Shown: one piece after another, positions 1-9,401 of the stretch
Layout: the number at the start of each line of letters is the position of its first letter
Position numbering within the stretch: the stretch's first letter is position 1
Source of the DNA: an uncultured Gemmatimonadales bacterium
GTDB lineage: Bacteria > Gemmatimonadota > Gemmatimonadetes > Gemmatimonadales > GWC2-71-9
Assembly (NCBI GenBank): GCA_963751925.1
Contig: CAVVWJ010000002.1
Location: 1,702,560-1,766,559, forward strand
Reading direction: 5' to 3'
Length of the DNA stretch: 64,000 nucleotides
Program-made: the position numbers and the translations under genes
The notes under the pieces: generated by a model
The model's database searches: none
What the model was told of the DNA's origin: nothing
What the model saw: only the letters and a program-made list of their open reading frames with translations

Positions 1-122
1 TCATGTTCGACCTGCCGAATCGTGAGGACGTCCGCGAAATCGTGATCACCAAAGAGGCGATCAGCGAGGGGGGCTCCCCGCTGATCGTCACCGAGCGCGC
101 GCGGACGAAGCGCGAGGCGTGA
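1..122 (+). CDS. clpX: ClpX (Clp protease ATP-binding subunit), C-terminal fragment; 5' end outside window
   Basis: Translation MFDLPNREDVREIVITKEAISEGGSPLIVTERARTKREA* resembles the conserved ClpX C-terminus (E. coli ...[20 protein letters not shown]..PLLI). TGA 120-122 overlaps the next GTG (GTGA). Confidence 0.6.
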   Translation, partial: MFDLPNREDVREIVITKEAISEGGSPLIVTERARTKREA

Positions 123-859
123 CCCCGGCTGGTCGGACGCATGGACGGCCACAACGGGTGCGAGACGAGGAAAGGGCGGCGAGTGCGGACGCAGCCAAAC
201 CGCTGAGCGGCGAGCTCCGGCCAGCGCCGACGCCTGCAAAGAATCCCGATGCCGATCCCGCCAACCCGCTGCTGGCCCTTCCCATCGAGTTCGTTGGGTC
301 GTTTCCCGATCCCAAAATCAGAGTCGAACCGGTTCTACCCGAGATTGCCTTCATCGGGAGGTCGAACGTAGGAAAGTCGAGCCTCCTGAACACGCTGGTG
401 GGTCGTCCCGGTCTCGCGAGGGTCAGCGGCTCACCCGGTAAAACCACCCTGCTCAATTTTTATCGGCTGCCCGAGTTTTATCTGGTCGACTTGCCAGGCT
501 ACGGCTTTGCCAAAGCCGGCAAGACCGCCCGGGCAGGCTATCGAAGGCTGGTTGACGGATACCTGCGGCAGCGGCAGGAGCTGGCAGGAGTGGTCTGGCT
601 GCTCGATATCAGGCACCAGCCGTCCGACGATGATTTCGTGATGCAGGATGTTTTGATTCAGAGCGGGGTACCAGTGCTCGCTGTTTTGACCAAGGTCGAC
701 AAGCTGACCCGCTCGGCCCTGGCGGCGCGGACCAGGGAGCTGACCCTGGCACTGGGCTTGCTTCCTGATCAGGTCCAGCTCACCAGTAGCCGCCTCAAGC
801 AGGGTATCGCCGAGCTCGCTGAGAGTATCGTCGCCACTGCAGCCAGGGAGATTCCGTGA
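119..859 (+). CDS. engB: Ribosome-biogenesis GTPase EngB/YihA/YsxC
   Basis: G1 GRSNVGKSSLLN, G3 DLPGYGF, G4 TKVDK. GTGA overlap with clpX stop. Exact start uncertain. Confidence 0.85.
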   Translation: MTPAGRTHGRPQRVRDEERAASADAAKPLSGELRPAPTPAKNPDADPANPLLALPIEFVGSFPDPKIRVEPVLPEIAFIGRSNVGKSSLLNTLVGRPGLARVSGSPGKTTLLNFYRLPEFYLVDLPGYGFAKAGKTARAGYRRLVDGYLRQRQELAGVVWLLDIRHQPSDDDFVMQDVLIQSGVPVLAVLTKVDKLTRSALAARTRELTLALGLLPDQVQLTSSRLKQGIAELAESIVATAAREIP

Positions 860-1485
860 CCACGCGTGCGCTCGCAGCAGTGCTGATGCTGGGCTGGACC
901 ATCCCGGTTGTGGGTCAGACGGTTGAGCCGGCCAGGGCACTACCGGCGGGTTACGGTTCTCTGACTCAAAACGACCTGGCGTTGCGGGTCCGGAACGATG
1001 ACATCGAGATCCGGTTCGTTCCCCTGGATCCCCGGATCATGCGGTTGATGGCCCCCGATGCCGCTCAGGCACTCCGCTCACTGGTAGAGGCCAGACGGCG
1101 CGGCATCGACTCAGTTGCCTCCCGAGCCGGCATATCTCAGCCCGGCTTGGCACTGGTCAGTTTCTTCGGCCAGCGGCCGGATGCCCGGTTCGAGCCGCAA
1201 AACGTCACGCTAATGATCCGGAACCAGCTGGTTCGGCCTCTGGGTGTCATCCCGGTCAACGGACGCTTCACTTCGCAGCAGCTGGATGTGCGGGAGCAGG
1301 CTACCGCGATCTACCTCTTCGAGCAGGACATACCGGTGGATGACTCCTTCAGCCTTTCCTATGGGGCGCTGTCTTCGGAGGATTGGCTCAACAAGCAGAG
1401 GATTCTCGATCGGGAGCGCGGGAGAGTCTCTGCGCGGTCAAGAGGAGAGCGCCGGGACACGGCCCGGAGACAGAATGGACAGTGA
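856..1485 (+). CDS. Hypothetical secreted protein
   Basis: GTGA overlap with engB stop. N-terminal signal-like MTTRALAAVLMLGWTIPVVGQ. No family recognised. Confidence 0.5.
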   Translation: MTTRALAAVLMLGWTIPVVGQTVEPARALPAGYGSLTQNDLALRVRNDDIEIRFVPLDPRIMRLMAPDAAQALRSLVEARRRGIDSVASRAGISQPGLALVSFFGQRPDARFEPQNVTLMIRNQLVRPLGVIPVNGRFTSQQLDVREQATAIYLFEQDIPVDDSFSLSYGALSSEDWLNKQRILDRERGRVSARSRGERRDTARRQNGQ

Positions 1486-1492
1486 AGCGCCT

Positions 1493-2410
1493 CTATAGTT
1501 GATAGTACCGCAGCACTCCTTTCGCCGGCATTCCTGACACCAGCATCGCCGTAGAAAACGCATCCGCTTCGATGCCGGTGGCGGCAACGACCGTTGCCTG
1601 CTTGAGAGCATCTGCCGGCCAGCCTGTCTCAGGATTCATCACGTGCCCGCGAACCGCCCTGTCGTAGCGAACCACAGACTCCGTATTGGCCGACGTCGCC
1701 AGGGCGGCGTCTCGAAGCCGGGTAGACGATATCCGGCGCGTGCCCCCTTTCGGCTCGGCAATCTCCACCAGCCAGCCATCATGACCTGGGGGAGCTCCCA
1801 GGGCGATACAGTCACCGCTGATGTCGAGAAATGCCCGCCTGATCCCGTGCGCTCTCAAAACAGCGGCCGCCCGATCCAATCCGTAGCCGACTCCAATTCC
1901 ACCTAGATCCAGCCGAGTGTGGGCAGACGGAAGCGCTGCCCGGTCGCTCGCGAGCTCTACCCGCGCCGCCTGCACCGACGCGCGAGCCTCGGAGATCTCC
2001 GCCGGCGTCGGCTCCGACCTGCGGGGCTGACGAAAACCCCAGACCCGCATCAAGGGCTCGATCGCTGGATTGAATGCGCCCTGGGTGGCCTGCTCCAGAC
2101 GGAGTCCCGCCGCCAGCACAAAGGTGAGATCCTGGCCCACCCTGATCGCCCGTCGTCCGGCATGGCGATTCAGCTCTACCAGATCGCTGGTCTCGTCGAA
2201 GAGAGAGAGCCGGTGCTCTACCCGCCGGAGCTCCGCCAAGGTCGCTGCCGCAGCCGTCAGGCCCTGGTCGCTGGAGCGGGTGAACAGCTGCAAATGAACC
2301 GGTTGGCCCATGACCCACGACCAGCGTTCCACCAGCTGCTCGTCTCTTCTGGGAAAACGCAGGGCCAGCACGCCGGCGCCCATGCTGCCAATGAACGATC
2401 GACGGTTCAC
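1493..2410 (-). CDS. apbE: FAD:protein FMN transferase ApbE (Tat-exported)
   Basis: Motifs LDLGGIGVGYGLDRAA and SGDCIALG are typical of ApbE. Start set to GTG 2410 (VNRRSFIGSMGAGVLAL twin-arginine signal), which overlaps the upstream stop (GTGA). The 2411-2596 ORF extension was rejected. Confidence 0.8.
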   Translation of the reverse strand: MNRRSFIGSMGAGVLALRFPRRDEQLVERWSWVMGQPVHLQLFTRSSDQGLTAAAATLAELRRVEHRLSLFDETSDLVELNRHAGRRAIRVGQDLTFVLAAGLRLEQATQGAFNPAIEPLMRVWGFRQPRRSEPTPAEISEARASVQAARVELASDRAALPSAHTRLDLGGIGVGYGLDRAAAVLRAHGIRRAFLDISGDCIALGAPPGHDGWLVEIAEPKGGTRRISSTRLRDAALATSANTESVVRYDRAVRGHVMNPETGWPADALKQATVVAATGIEADAFSTAMLVSGMPAKGVLRYYQL

Positions 2411-2910
2411 AGCCGAGGCGCCGTCGTCAGTTCGCGCAGCACGTAAAACGATTGGACATAGAAGGTCACCGCCATGATCCCGCTCGAAAGTCCCAGCAGC
2501 CAGCTGAACCGCGCATCCACGTAGCGCATCAGCCACATCGCTGAGAAAGAGATCAGGATAGCGACGAACGGCTCCACCACCAGCAGCCGACGCCACCGCT
2601 CACCAGGTCTGCTGCAGAGGGCCAATGCCAGGCCGCTGAACACGAAGATCGCCGCCATGCTGAAGAGGTGCGTATGGGTGATAGTCAGCATCTCGGCGTA
2701 TGACTTGGGAAACTGCATTGCAGCATCGGTGGCAGCCGAATCAGCCCCGCGGTATCGTCCGGCCACCCCGGCAGGGGTCATGCTGGTGGTGTGATGGACG
2801 AACAACAGTGAGGTGGTGTAGCCCACCAGCTGAACGATAGTGATCCACCGTCCCACGGCTCTCACCGGCTCCGGCAAGGAGTCCCACGAGATGGGTCGGG
2901 GTGGGGTCAC
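2407..2910 (-). CDS. His-rich integral membrane protein, about 4 TM helices, unknown family
   Basis: Four hydrophobic segments. Paired histidines FVHHTT (TM1) and ITHTHLF (TM2). GTG 2910 overlaps the stop of the FMN-binding gene (GTGA), and its stop overlaps the apbE start. Confidence 0.55.
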   Translation of the reverse strand: MTPPRPISWDSLPEPVRAVGRWITIVQLVGYTTSLLFVHHTTSMTPAGVAGRYRGADSAATDAAMQFPKSYAEMLTITHTHLFSMAAIFVFSGLALALCSRPGERWRRLLVVEPFVAILISFSAMWLMRYVDARFSWLLGLSSGIMAVTFYVQSFYVLRELTTAPRL

Positions 2911-3509
2911 TTGATAGTGCCGGCGCGATGCCACGCCGTGAGATCCGCGAGTGTCTGTCGGACCGCGAGCGTCACCGCATGCGAGCTGATGGTTGCACCC
3001 GAGATGTTCCTGATGTCCTTGCCGACCGCGAGCGGCGCGGTGGAGGTCTTTCCACGGAACTGTTTGCGCCAGGGCTCGTACGCCACTTCTCCGCCGTGCG
3101 GCTCACGATACACCAGGATGTCGATATCCTTGAGCGCATCTGTCGAGTCGATCGCGACGAGGTAGGTGATCGGCTGGTCTTTGCCTTTGACGTTCCGGAC
3201 CCGGGCAAAGCCGAGCAGAGATCCGGCCTTGGAAATCCGGAGCACCGACGCTGTATCGACTTTGACGGTGTCCACCTGAACGCCCGCGCCGAAAATCCTT
3301 CCGATCGACTTGGCTACTTTGTCAGGGGGAGCGGTCTGCGCGGCCAGCGGTGCGAGGGACAACGTAAGAAGTGAGAAAGACAAGAGGTGAGAAGTGACAA
3401 GGCGAGCGTGGCGAGCGCGGAACGCCCGGCACAGCGTAGTCCCCCCAGCCACACAGCGTGAGGGTCGGCTGGCGTCAGACGAATGGAATTTGTCCCTCTC
3501 ACCTCTCAC
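2907..3509 (-). CDS. Secreted FMN-binding domain protein (NqrC/RnfG/NosR-type FMN_bind)
   Basis: C-terminal KDIRNISGATISSHAVT matches the ApbE flavinylation acceptor motif ([DN]xxSGAT[IL]S). Signal-like LLSFSLLTLSLAPLAAQ. Start uncertain (GTG 3509 or GTG about 3452). Confidence 0.7.
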   Translation of the reverse strand: MRGERDKFHSSDASRPSRCVAGGTTLCRAFRARHARLVTSHLLSFSLLTLSLAPLAAQTAPPDKVAKSIGRIFGAGVQVDTVKVDTASVLRISKAGSLLGFARVRNVKGKDQPITYLVAIDSTDALKDIDILVYREPHGGEVAYEPWRKQFRGKTSTAPLAVGKDIRNISGATISSHAVTLAVRQTLADLTAWHRAGTIK

Positions 3510-3540
3510 TTCTACCTCTCACCTTCTTCTCACTCTCACC
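3496..3540. repeat. Pyrimidine-rich tandem CTCTCAC heptad block between the porin stop and the FMN-binding gene
   Basis: ctctcac ctctcac ttctac ctctcac cttcttctcac tctcac. The complementary GTGAGAA/GGTGAGA words recur at 3364-3400. Confidence 0.6.
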
Positions 3541-3543
3541 TGC

Positions 3544-4671
3544 TCAGAACTGATACCCCACACCCAGGCTGGCCACATCCCTTTCGCCCAGTCCGGCACG
3601 GTTCCGTTGAAGCTGGTAATCGCCCTTGAATACCACATTGTAGAGCGGCTTGTAGGTAAGGCCAAATGTGGTGATCCGGCGCGCCAGGGCGTCATCGGCG
3701 ACAACCCCTGCGGGGACGCCGGCCTGAGTATCGTAGTTCTCATAACGGAGAAATGCATTCAGCCGCTGGGACGAAGCCGAGGCCAAGGAGGAGAGCACAT
3801 TGTATGCAGCCTCAACATAGCCGCCGGCAATCCGGCTGCCGACCTGCGTGCCATACGCCGCATTCACCGCCTCAGCATCACTCACGGTGATATTCGCCAG
3901 GACTCCGCGGAACATGAACGGTCCCACATCGTAACGGGCGTCGGCTGAGATGAGTGCGACCGCGTTGGCGAAGGACCCGCTGTCGAGCGCTCCGTCCTGG
4001 TTGGCGCTGCCACCGTACCAGAACGAGCCACCGACCCGGAGGCCCGGGCGAGCCCACTCGATCCGTCCAGTGACGGATGGGTTCGCAAAGCTGGCCTCCT
4101 TCCCCTCCTGCCGCCCACCCCTGATGCCGCTCACGGCGTCGAAACCTGAGGCTTTGAGGCCATTGACCAGGTACACCCGGTAGTTGAGCCCAGAGGAGCC
4201 TGGAATGGCTCCTACGAGACCCACCCCGATGTCACGCCAGGTGGTCGGAATGACGTCGTTGTCGAAGTTGGGCCGGGAGACTCCGTTGAACGTTGGAGGC
4301 TCGTGCACCTCATTCAGGATGCCGACCGGTGCGAGCAGAAGACCGGCACGGAGGGTAAAAGCGGGCGAAAAGGTGTAGTCCAGGTAGGCCTGTTCCAGGG
4401 CGACCTCCCCTCCTCCCTGGCCTCCCTCGACCTTGGTGTCTTCCACCTCGAGCTCGGAGCGGAGCGCCAGGTGCTCGCTGAAGCTATGGGCCACGTACAA
4501 CACGAATCGCTTCACCGTCACCTCACCGGGCGTGTTGGCGCCGGTGGCATTGGTATAGTGGACTTCACCGTACCCACCGATCGAAGTGCTCTCGGTTTCC
4601 TGGGCTAACAGAGATGTGAGTGGGAGGGTCATCAGGGCCAGCAACGGGAACCAACGGGGCCGTAGGCCCAT
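3544..4671 (-). CDS. Outer-membrane porin-like beta-barrel (phosphate-selective porin O/P-like)
   Basis: Signal MGLRPRWFPLLALMTLPLTSLLAQ. Alternating amphipathic strands. C-terminal ...SLGVGYQF with terminal Phe. Confidence 0.6.
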   Translation of the reverse strand: MGLRPRWFPLLALMTLPLTSLLAQETESTSIGGYGEVHYTNATGANTPGEVTVKRFVLYVAHSFSEHLALRSELEVEDTKVEGGQGGGEVALEQAYLDYTFSPAFTLRAGLLLAPVGILNEVHEPPTFNGVSRPNFDNDVIPTTWRDIGVGLVGAIPGSSGLNYRVYLVNGLKASGFDAVSGIRGGRQEGKEASFANPSVTGRIEWARPGLRVGGSFWYGGSANQDGALDSGSFANAVALISADARYDVGPFMFRGVLANITVSDAEAVNAAYGTQVGSRIAGGYVEAAYNVLSSLASASSQRLNAFLRYENYDTQAGVPAGVVADDALARRITTFGLTYKPLYNVVFKGDYQLQRNRAGLGERDVASLGVGYQF

Positions 4672-4694
4672 GGGTACCTTCCAAAAGAACAGAT

Positions 4695-4713
4695 GAGAAT
4701 GATTTTCAATTAA
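4695..4713. promoter_or_regulatory. Candidate Fur box upstream of the porin operon
   Basis: GAGAATGATTTTCAATTAA. This matches 12/19 (13/19 on the other strand) to GATAATGATAATCATTATC. It lies 24-42 nt upstream of the porin start inside a visibly AT-rich divergent intergenic region (4672-4823). Confidence 0.3.
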
Positions 4714-4823
4714 ACCCCTACTAGACTATTCCCAATTAGCACTGGTGTCAACACACCCATCCGCGCATCATTCGACTCTAGGCGCACTTCCGCCCTCTCA
4801 TCAACACCGTAGGCGAGGCTTGC

Positions 4824-5666
4824 ATGGTACAGCTGCCCCTCCGCGAGGTGCGACTCCCCAAGGTCACCGAGCAGTTTTTCGACGGATGGCTCGCTGATAT
4901 CGAAGCCCAACTGTCGCGCCCCGACGCGGACTGGTACCGTCTGGCCCGAGACATCCTGTTCCAGATCCACTTCCCTGGGGCAAAGGGCTATGACGAGCTG
5001 TTGCAGGACCCGACTACCCCCGAAACCTCCAGGGTGGCGCTCCTCTCGCTCGATCCAAGGAACATCACCCTTGAGCCGGAGTATTACGCCGAGGTTGACT
5101 GGGACCGCTACGCGAAGCTGAAGCCGCTCTTGTGGCTGTGGCAGAGCTTCGATCACTCGCCTCTCGGCGCGAGCGTACACCTCGGTATTCGGTTCCGCAG
5201 AATCCTGGCGCGGCACATCTTTGCACGCTGCGGCCGTAACTTCAAATGCTTCCAGTTCGTGGAGTTCTCCTTCGGCTACAATCTGGAAGTCGGCGACGAC
5301 GTCGTGGTCCATCGGTACGTCCTGCTGGATGATCGAGGCGGCATCACCCTCGGCAACCGGGTCAGCATCTCCGACTACGCCAACATCTATAGCCACACCC
5401 ACAGCATCGTGGACCAGAAGGATGTGACGAACGCGCGAACCGTTCTGGAGGACGACGTGCGCATCACCTACCACGCCACGGTCCTCGCGGGTGTACGGGT
5501 CGGCCGAAACGCGATGGTAGGAGCTAACGCGGTCGCCACCAAAGATGTCCGGCCCTACCACGTCAACGTCGGTATCCCGGCCAAATCGATCCGCATCAAG
5601 CCGAACGCACCCCCCGAGGCCTACGTCAGCGAACGGACGGCCCGGCGGGACAACCGGGACGAGTAG
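4824..5666 (+). CDS. Hexapeptide-repeat (left-handed beta-helix) acyl/acetyltransferase
   Basis: C-terminal half has hexapeptide repeats (ITLGNRVSISDYANIY...VRITYHATVLAGVRVGRNAMVGANAVATKDV). N-terminal about 150 aa unassigned. Confidence 0.7.
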   Translation: MVQLPLREVRLPKVTEQFFDGWLADIEAQLSRPDADWYRLARDILFQIHFPGAKGYDELLQDPTTPETSRVALLSLDPRNITLEPEYYAEVDWDRYAKLKPLLWLWQSFDHSPLGASVHLGIRFRRILARHIFARCGRNFKCFQFVEFSFGYNLEVGDDVVVHRYVLLDDRGGITLGNRVSISDYANIYSHTHSIVDQKDVTNARTVLEDDVRITYHATVLAGVRVGRNAMVGANAVATKDVRPYHVNVGIPAKSIRIKPNAPPEAYVSERTARRDNRDE

Positions 5667-5730
5667 ACTGATCCGGCGTCTTCCGCACCCGGCACTCTCC
5701 CCAGCAGCCATTACCGGGGGAGTGCTCGTT

Positions 5731-7980
5731 GTGTGCGTCGCCGTCAGCCGTGTGCTGGCTGACGCCCCCCTGCTCCCGGCGATGGCATTGCTGACTGCCG
5801 GTGCGGTCATCGTGGCACTCGCGCTCCGGAACCCACGGTGGGAGGTCCCCCTTCACGCTCTGGCGGCCGCTCTCCTCGGCATCCTGGCGGGCTGGGCGGC
5901 CAGCCGAGTCTGGTGGCTGGCCCTTGTGGCGGTGGGTGTCGTCGCCGCGACGTTATGGCTGGCCCGGATGGTCTCAGGCGATCGCCTGCGTGAAGCAGAA
6001 GACAAAGCCGAGCGACTCGCGGCACAGGTGGATCGCCGGATCAGCGAGCTCTTCTCACTGCGCGAGCTGAGTTACGTCCTCTCCGAATCGATTCAACTCG
6101 ATCGCATCGTCGAGCAGGTGGTTCGCTATACCTCCCGATTCGTGCCGGCCGATGGCGTCGTCCTGGTGCTCGCCGAGAGTGATGGCCGGGTCCTGCGAGT
6201 CGCTGCCGCCTCGGGAACGCTCGCTCCGCTACTGGGCCAGGTCAGCGAGGCGGCGGATGGGAGCCTGGTGCGAGTGGCGATCGAGCGGGACCGAATCGAG
6301 GTGCAACAGGGAGAGAGCAGTCCGGCCGTTCACCTCATTGCCGGCGTGAGCGTTCGTTCCGCCGCCGTGGCCCCGCTCAAGGCCCAGGGTATCACCATGG
6401 GCGCCCTCGCGCTGGCGGACCGCAACGAGGGCCCCTTTACCACCGAGGACCTCTGGCTCCTCTCAACCGTGGCGACCAATGCGTCGGTCGTCCTGGCCAA
6501 CAGCAGACTTTATGAGATGGTACGCCGGGGTGAAGAGGAGTGGGAGACTGCATTCGACGCACTCACAGAGGGGATCGCGGTGGTGGGAACGAATGGCGCC
6601 GTTCTGCGCGCCAACAAGGCGCTGGCCGGCCTTGCCGGTCTGGCCGAGTCCGACCTGGTAGGCCGGAACTTCTGCCAGACGCTGTTCGGCAGCTCAGAAG
6701 CAGTTTCGAGCCTGATCGAAGCCGCCCATCGTGGCGAACGGACCGTGCCGATGGTGGTCCGGCCCGACGAGAGTCACCAGGTACTCCGTCTCACTGCGGC
6801 GCCGCTGGCTGCGGCAGAACGTGGATCGGTGGTGATCCTGATCGAGGACGTCACCGAGCAGCGCGCGCTGGAGGCGCAGATCATCCAGAGCGACAAGATG
6901 GCATCGATCGGGCAGCTCGTATCCGGTGTCGCTCACGAGCTGAACAACCCGCTCACCTCGATCGCGGGACTATCCGAGCTCCTGCTGGAGCGGCCCCCAC
7001 ACCCGGAGTTCCCCCGGGAGCACCTCCGGGTCATCCACGACCAGGCGGAACGCGCCGGGCGAATCGTTCGAAACCTTCTGACCTTCGCCCGAAAAGGCGT
7101 CGCCGAGAAAACCGCGGTCGACCTCAACGATGTCGTCACCCGCACCTCTCTGCTCATCATGTATGAGCTCCAGCTCCACGGCATCGAGCTGGAATCCGAG
7201 CTCAGCTCTACGCCGCCGATAGTAGTGGGAGACCGATACGAGCTGCAGCAGGTGCTGCTGAACCTGGTGACCAATGCGGTTCAGGCGGTGAGCGGACTAC
7301 CGGCCGATGCGCCGAGGCGTATCACGCTGGCAACCAGCCACGCCGAGGACCGGGCAGTGTTGCTGGTACGGGACAATGGTCCTGGCGTTCCCAGGCATCT
7401 TGCGCCGTACCTGTTCACGCCGTTCTTCACCACCAAGGCGCCAGGTGAAGGTACCGGGCTGGGTCTGTCGGTCAGCTACGGTCTGGTGAAAGCGCACGAC
7501 GGCGATCTCTCGTATGAACCCTCAGCGGAGGGTGGCGCCGAGTTTCGCGTCACGCTCCCACTCTTCAGTGCAGAGCTGGCCGATCTTGTTGATCCGGTCG
7601 CCACCGAGAATGGTGGGCACGACCGGGGCCGAATCCTGGTCGTCGATGAAGACCCCGCGGTCCATCGAATGCTCAGCGCGTTGTTCGCTCCAGACGGCTA
7701 TCAGGTAGAGACGGTTCAGAGCGGTGAGCAGGCGCTGAAAATGGCGAGTGAGCGTGAGTACGATTTGATCATCGCGGACCGTCGGATGGGGGCAGGAGCA
7801 ACCGACCGGTTTACCCAGGTCCTGCTGAATTCCTGTCCCCACGTCCGCGATCGGCTGGTGGTAGCCTGCTCCCGAGACGAGGCCCTCTCCGCTGCGTCAG
7901 ACCAGCCGGCGGTCCGCACCGTGACCAAGCCGTTCAACCTGAGAGATCTGAGGTCGGTAGCGGGGGAAATTCTTCAGTAG
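5731..7980 (+). CDS. Hybrid sensor histidine kinase (TM, GAF-like, PAS, HisKA, HATPase, REC)
   Basis: H-box SGVAHELNNPLTSI; N box LVTNAVQA; G boxes DNGPGVP and GTGLGLS. C-terminal receiver ILVVDEDP...DLIIADRRM...TKPF. Start uncertain (GTG 5731 preceded by GGGGGAG; alternatives 5722 and 5782). Confidence 0.8.
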   Translation: MCVAVSRVLADAPLLPAMALLTAGAVIVALALRNPRWEVPLHALAAALLGILAGWAASRVWWLALVAVGVVAATLWLARMVSGDRLREAEDKAERLAAQVDRRISELFSLRELSYVLSESIQLDRIVEQVVRYTSRFVPADGVVLVLAESDGRVLRVAAASGTLAPLLGQVSEAADGSLVRVAIERDRIEVQQGESSPAVHLIAGVSVRSAAVAPLKAQGITMGALALADRNEGPFTTEDLWLLSTVATNASVVLANSRLYEMVRRGEEEWETAFDALTEGIAVVGTNGAVLRANKALAGLAGLAESDLVGRNFCQTLFGSSEAVSSLIEAAHRGERTVPMVVRPDESHQVLRLTAAPLAAAERGSVVILIEDVTEQRALEAQIIQSDKMASIGQLVSGVAHELNNPLTSIAGLSELLLERPPHPEFPREHLRVIHDQAERAGRIVRNLLTFARKGVAEKTAVDLNDVVTRTSLLIMYELQLHGIELESELSSTPPIVVGDRYELQQVLLNLVTNAVQAVSGLPADAPRRITLATSHAEDRAVLLVRDNGPGVPRHLAPYLFTPFFTTKAPGEGTGLGLSVSYGLVKAHDGDLSYEPSAEGGAEFRVTLPLFSAELADLVDPVATENGGHDRGRILVVDEDPAVHRMLSALFAPDGYQVETVQSGEQALKMASEREYDLIIADRRMGAGATDRFTQVLLNSCPHVRDRLVVACSRDEALSAASDQPAVRTVTKPFNLRDLRSVAGEILQ

Positions 7981-9401
7981 CCAGCGGCACTGGCTGGCTT
8001 CCACGGCAGAACGCTGATGCGTCCTCTCACCTTTGCGGTCGCTCCCGATGCATCGGCCGTGGCCCAATAATTCCCGCCGGCAGCAAGGTCAGGCGCATCG
8101 ATGAACCATCGCCTGACCCGAAGAAAGATGTTTCCCGTGACTTCACTGGAGTGCCCGGCACCGTCCAGCACCAATCCGTCCCCAACCCCGTCGAAAAGAT
8201 TGCCGCGCAGCTGAGCGCGTGAGGTTCGCTGCAGGACGATGCCCTGGTCCAGCCTCGAGAGTACGTTGTCATCGATGCGATAGCGCCGGCTCGAGTCGCT
8301 GGTCTGTTCGGTGCCGATGCGTATGCCTACCGGCCCGCCCATCAGCACGTTGGCCAGAATGGCGTTGTCGGTGCCGTAGTCGCTCAGGATTCCCCCACCG
8401 CGAGCCCCGATGACCGTGTTCGCGCGAAGGGTACTGCCGCCCGAGTGATCCAGCCGGAATCCAACACCGGCGCTGTCGGCCCGGTTCTCGAGAAAGGTGT
8501 TTCCCCATCCATTGACCACCGTGAACCCGGCGCGGAGCGCTGAGGACGCGTCGTTTCGGAAGACCAGATTGCCGACTGAGGGCTGGACCAGCGGCCGGTC
8601 TCCAGAAAGGAGAAAACCGAGACTCGACTCCCGGAAATTATTATCGACGATGGTATTCGAGTCGCTGGCATCGCGGAGCAGGAGCGCGGCGGCGCCGCAA
8701 TCGGCTGCCGGAACCTGTGCATCGCAGCGGCGGGTATGATCGACCCGGTTTCGCGCGATGGTATTGCCATCCGAGCGCCAGAGCTGGATCCCCCAGCCGT
8801 TGTTGAATGCCACATCGTTATCGGCGATATAGCTGTCTCGCACCTCGAATAGAGCAATGCCGTTCTGGGCTCCGCGCGCAGTCACTCCAGTTATCGTGGC
8901 AGCGACGGTGCGCTGCAGTAGGATTCCGCCGCCGTATCGCTCGAAAACGTCCGATCGCTCCAGGTCTAGACGGTCAGTGGGATCGGGATGGGCCGGGGTC
9001 GAGCGAACTCCCTGACTTCGGCTGCCGGACAGATCGGTGCCAACGACCCGGTGCGCCCTTCCGCCTTCGATCCGCACTCCGTAGCGATACCCGTGGATTC
9101 CTCCTCCGGTGATGGTCACCGCGTCGACACCCCTACTCGCCACACCCACACCTACAAACTGCCCCGGAATCGAATCGCCACTCTCTAGTACCACCCCCGT
9201 GAGGTCGATGTGAGTTCCAGATGCGGCGGCGATGATGACGCCTTGTTCCGAACGGTCCGCGATGCGATACCGTCCGGGGCAGACCCGCACCTCCCCTTGC
9301 ACCTGAGTCGCGGCCCGGGTGGGTCGGATGCAGGGCGCCAGCGCATAGGGGTGTCCAGCGGGAGTCAGCAGGATCGAGAAGATGAAAGGCTGGAGGATCA
9401 T
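7974..9401 (-). CDS. Secreted right-handed parallel beta-helix repeat protein (NosD/CASH-like)
   Basis: Signal-like N-terminus. Many repeats of about 22 aa ([49 protein letters not shown]). Start overlaps the hisF stop. Confidence 0.6.
   Translation of the reverse strand: MILQPFIFSILLTPAGHPYALAPCIRPTRAATQVQGEVRVCPGRYRIADRSEQGVIIAAASGTHIDLTGVVLESGDSIPGQFVGVGVASRGVDAVTITGGGIHGYRYGVRIEGGRAHRVVGTDLSGSRSQGVRSTPAHPDPTDRLDLERSDVFERYGGGILLQRTVAATITGVTARGAQNGIALFEVRDSYIADNDVAFNNGWGIQLWRSDGNTIARNRVDHTRRCDAQVPAADCGAAALLLRDASDSNTIVDNNFRESSLGFLLSGDRPLVQPSVGNLVFRNDASSALRAGFTVVNGWGNTFLENRADSAGVGFRLDHSGGSTLRANTVIGARGGGILSDYGTDNAILANVLMGGPVGIRIGTEQTSDSSRRYRIDDNVLSRLDQGIVLQRTSRAQLRGNLFDGVGDGLVLDGAGHSSEVTGNIFLRVRRWFIDAPDLAAGGNYWATADASGATAKVRGRISVLPWKPASAAGY

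Noticed and set aside
2411-2596. N-terminal extension of the ApbE ORF (367-aa version).
   Set aside because: It overlaps the upstream membrane-protein gene by about 190 nt. GTG 2410 gives a proper twin-arginine signal and a GTGA stop/start overlap.
5545-5730. Upstream extension of the histidine-kinase ORF.
   Set aside because: It overlaps the 3' end of the acyltransferase gene in another frame, and its translation is Pro/Arg/Ser/Thr-rich junk. GTG 5731 has a Shine-Dalgarno-like GGGGGAG.
4710-5810. 366-aa minus-strand ORF. Similar long antisense ORFs occur at 56700-57938, 29581-30627, 50220-51278, 50330-51823, 33888-34955, 26042-27046, 20004-20846, 46720-47961 and 61695-62666.
   Set aside because: Each lies antisense or out of frame to a gene with clear family motifs. 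Their translations are Arg/Gly/Pro-rich with no recognisable domains. Long spurious ORFs are expected in GC-rich DNA because stop codons are rare.
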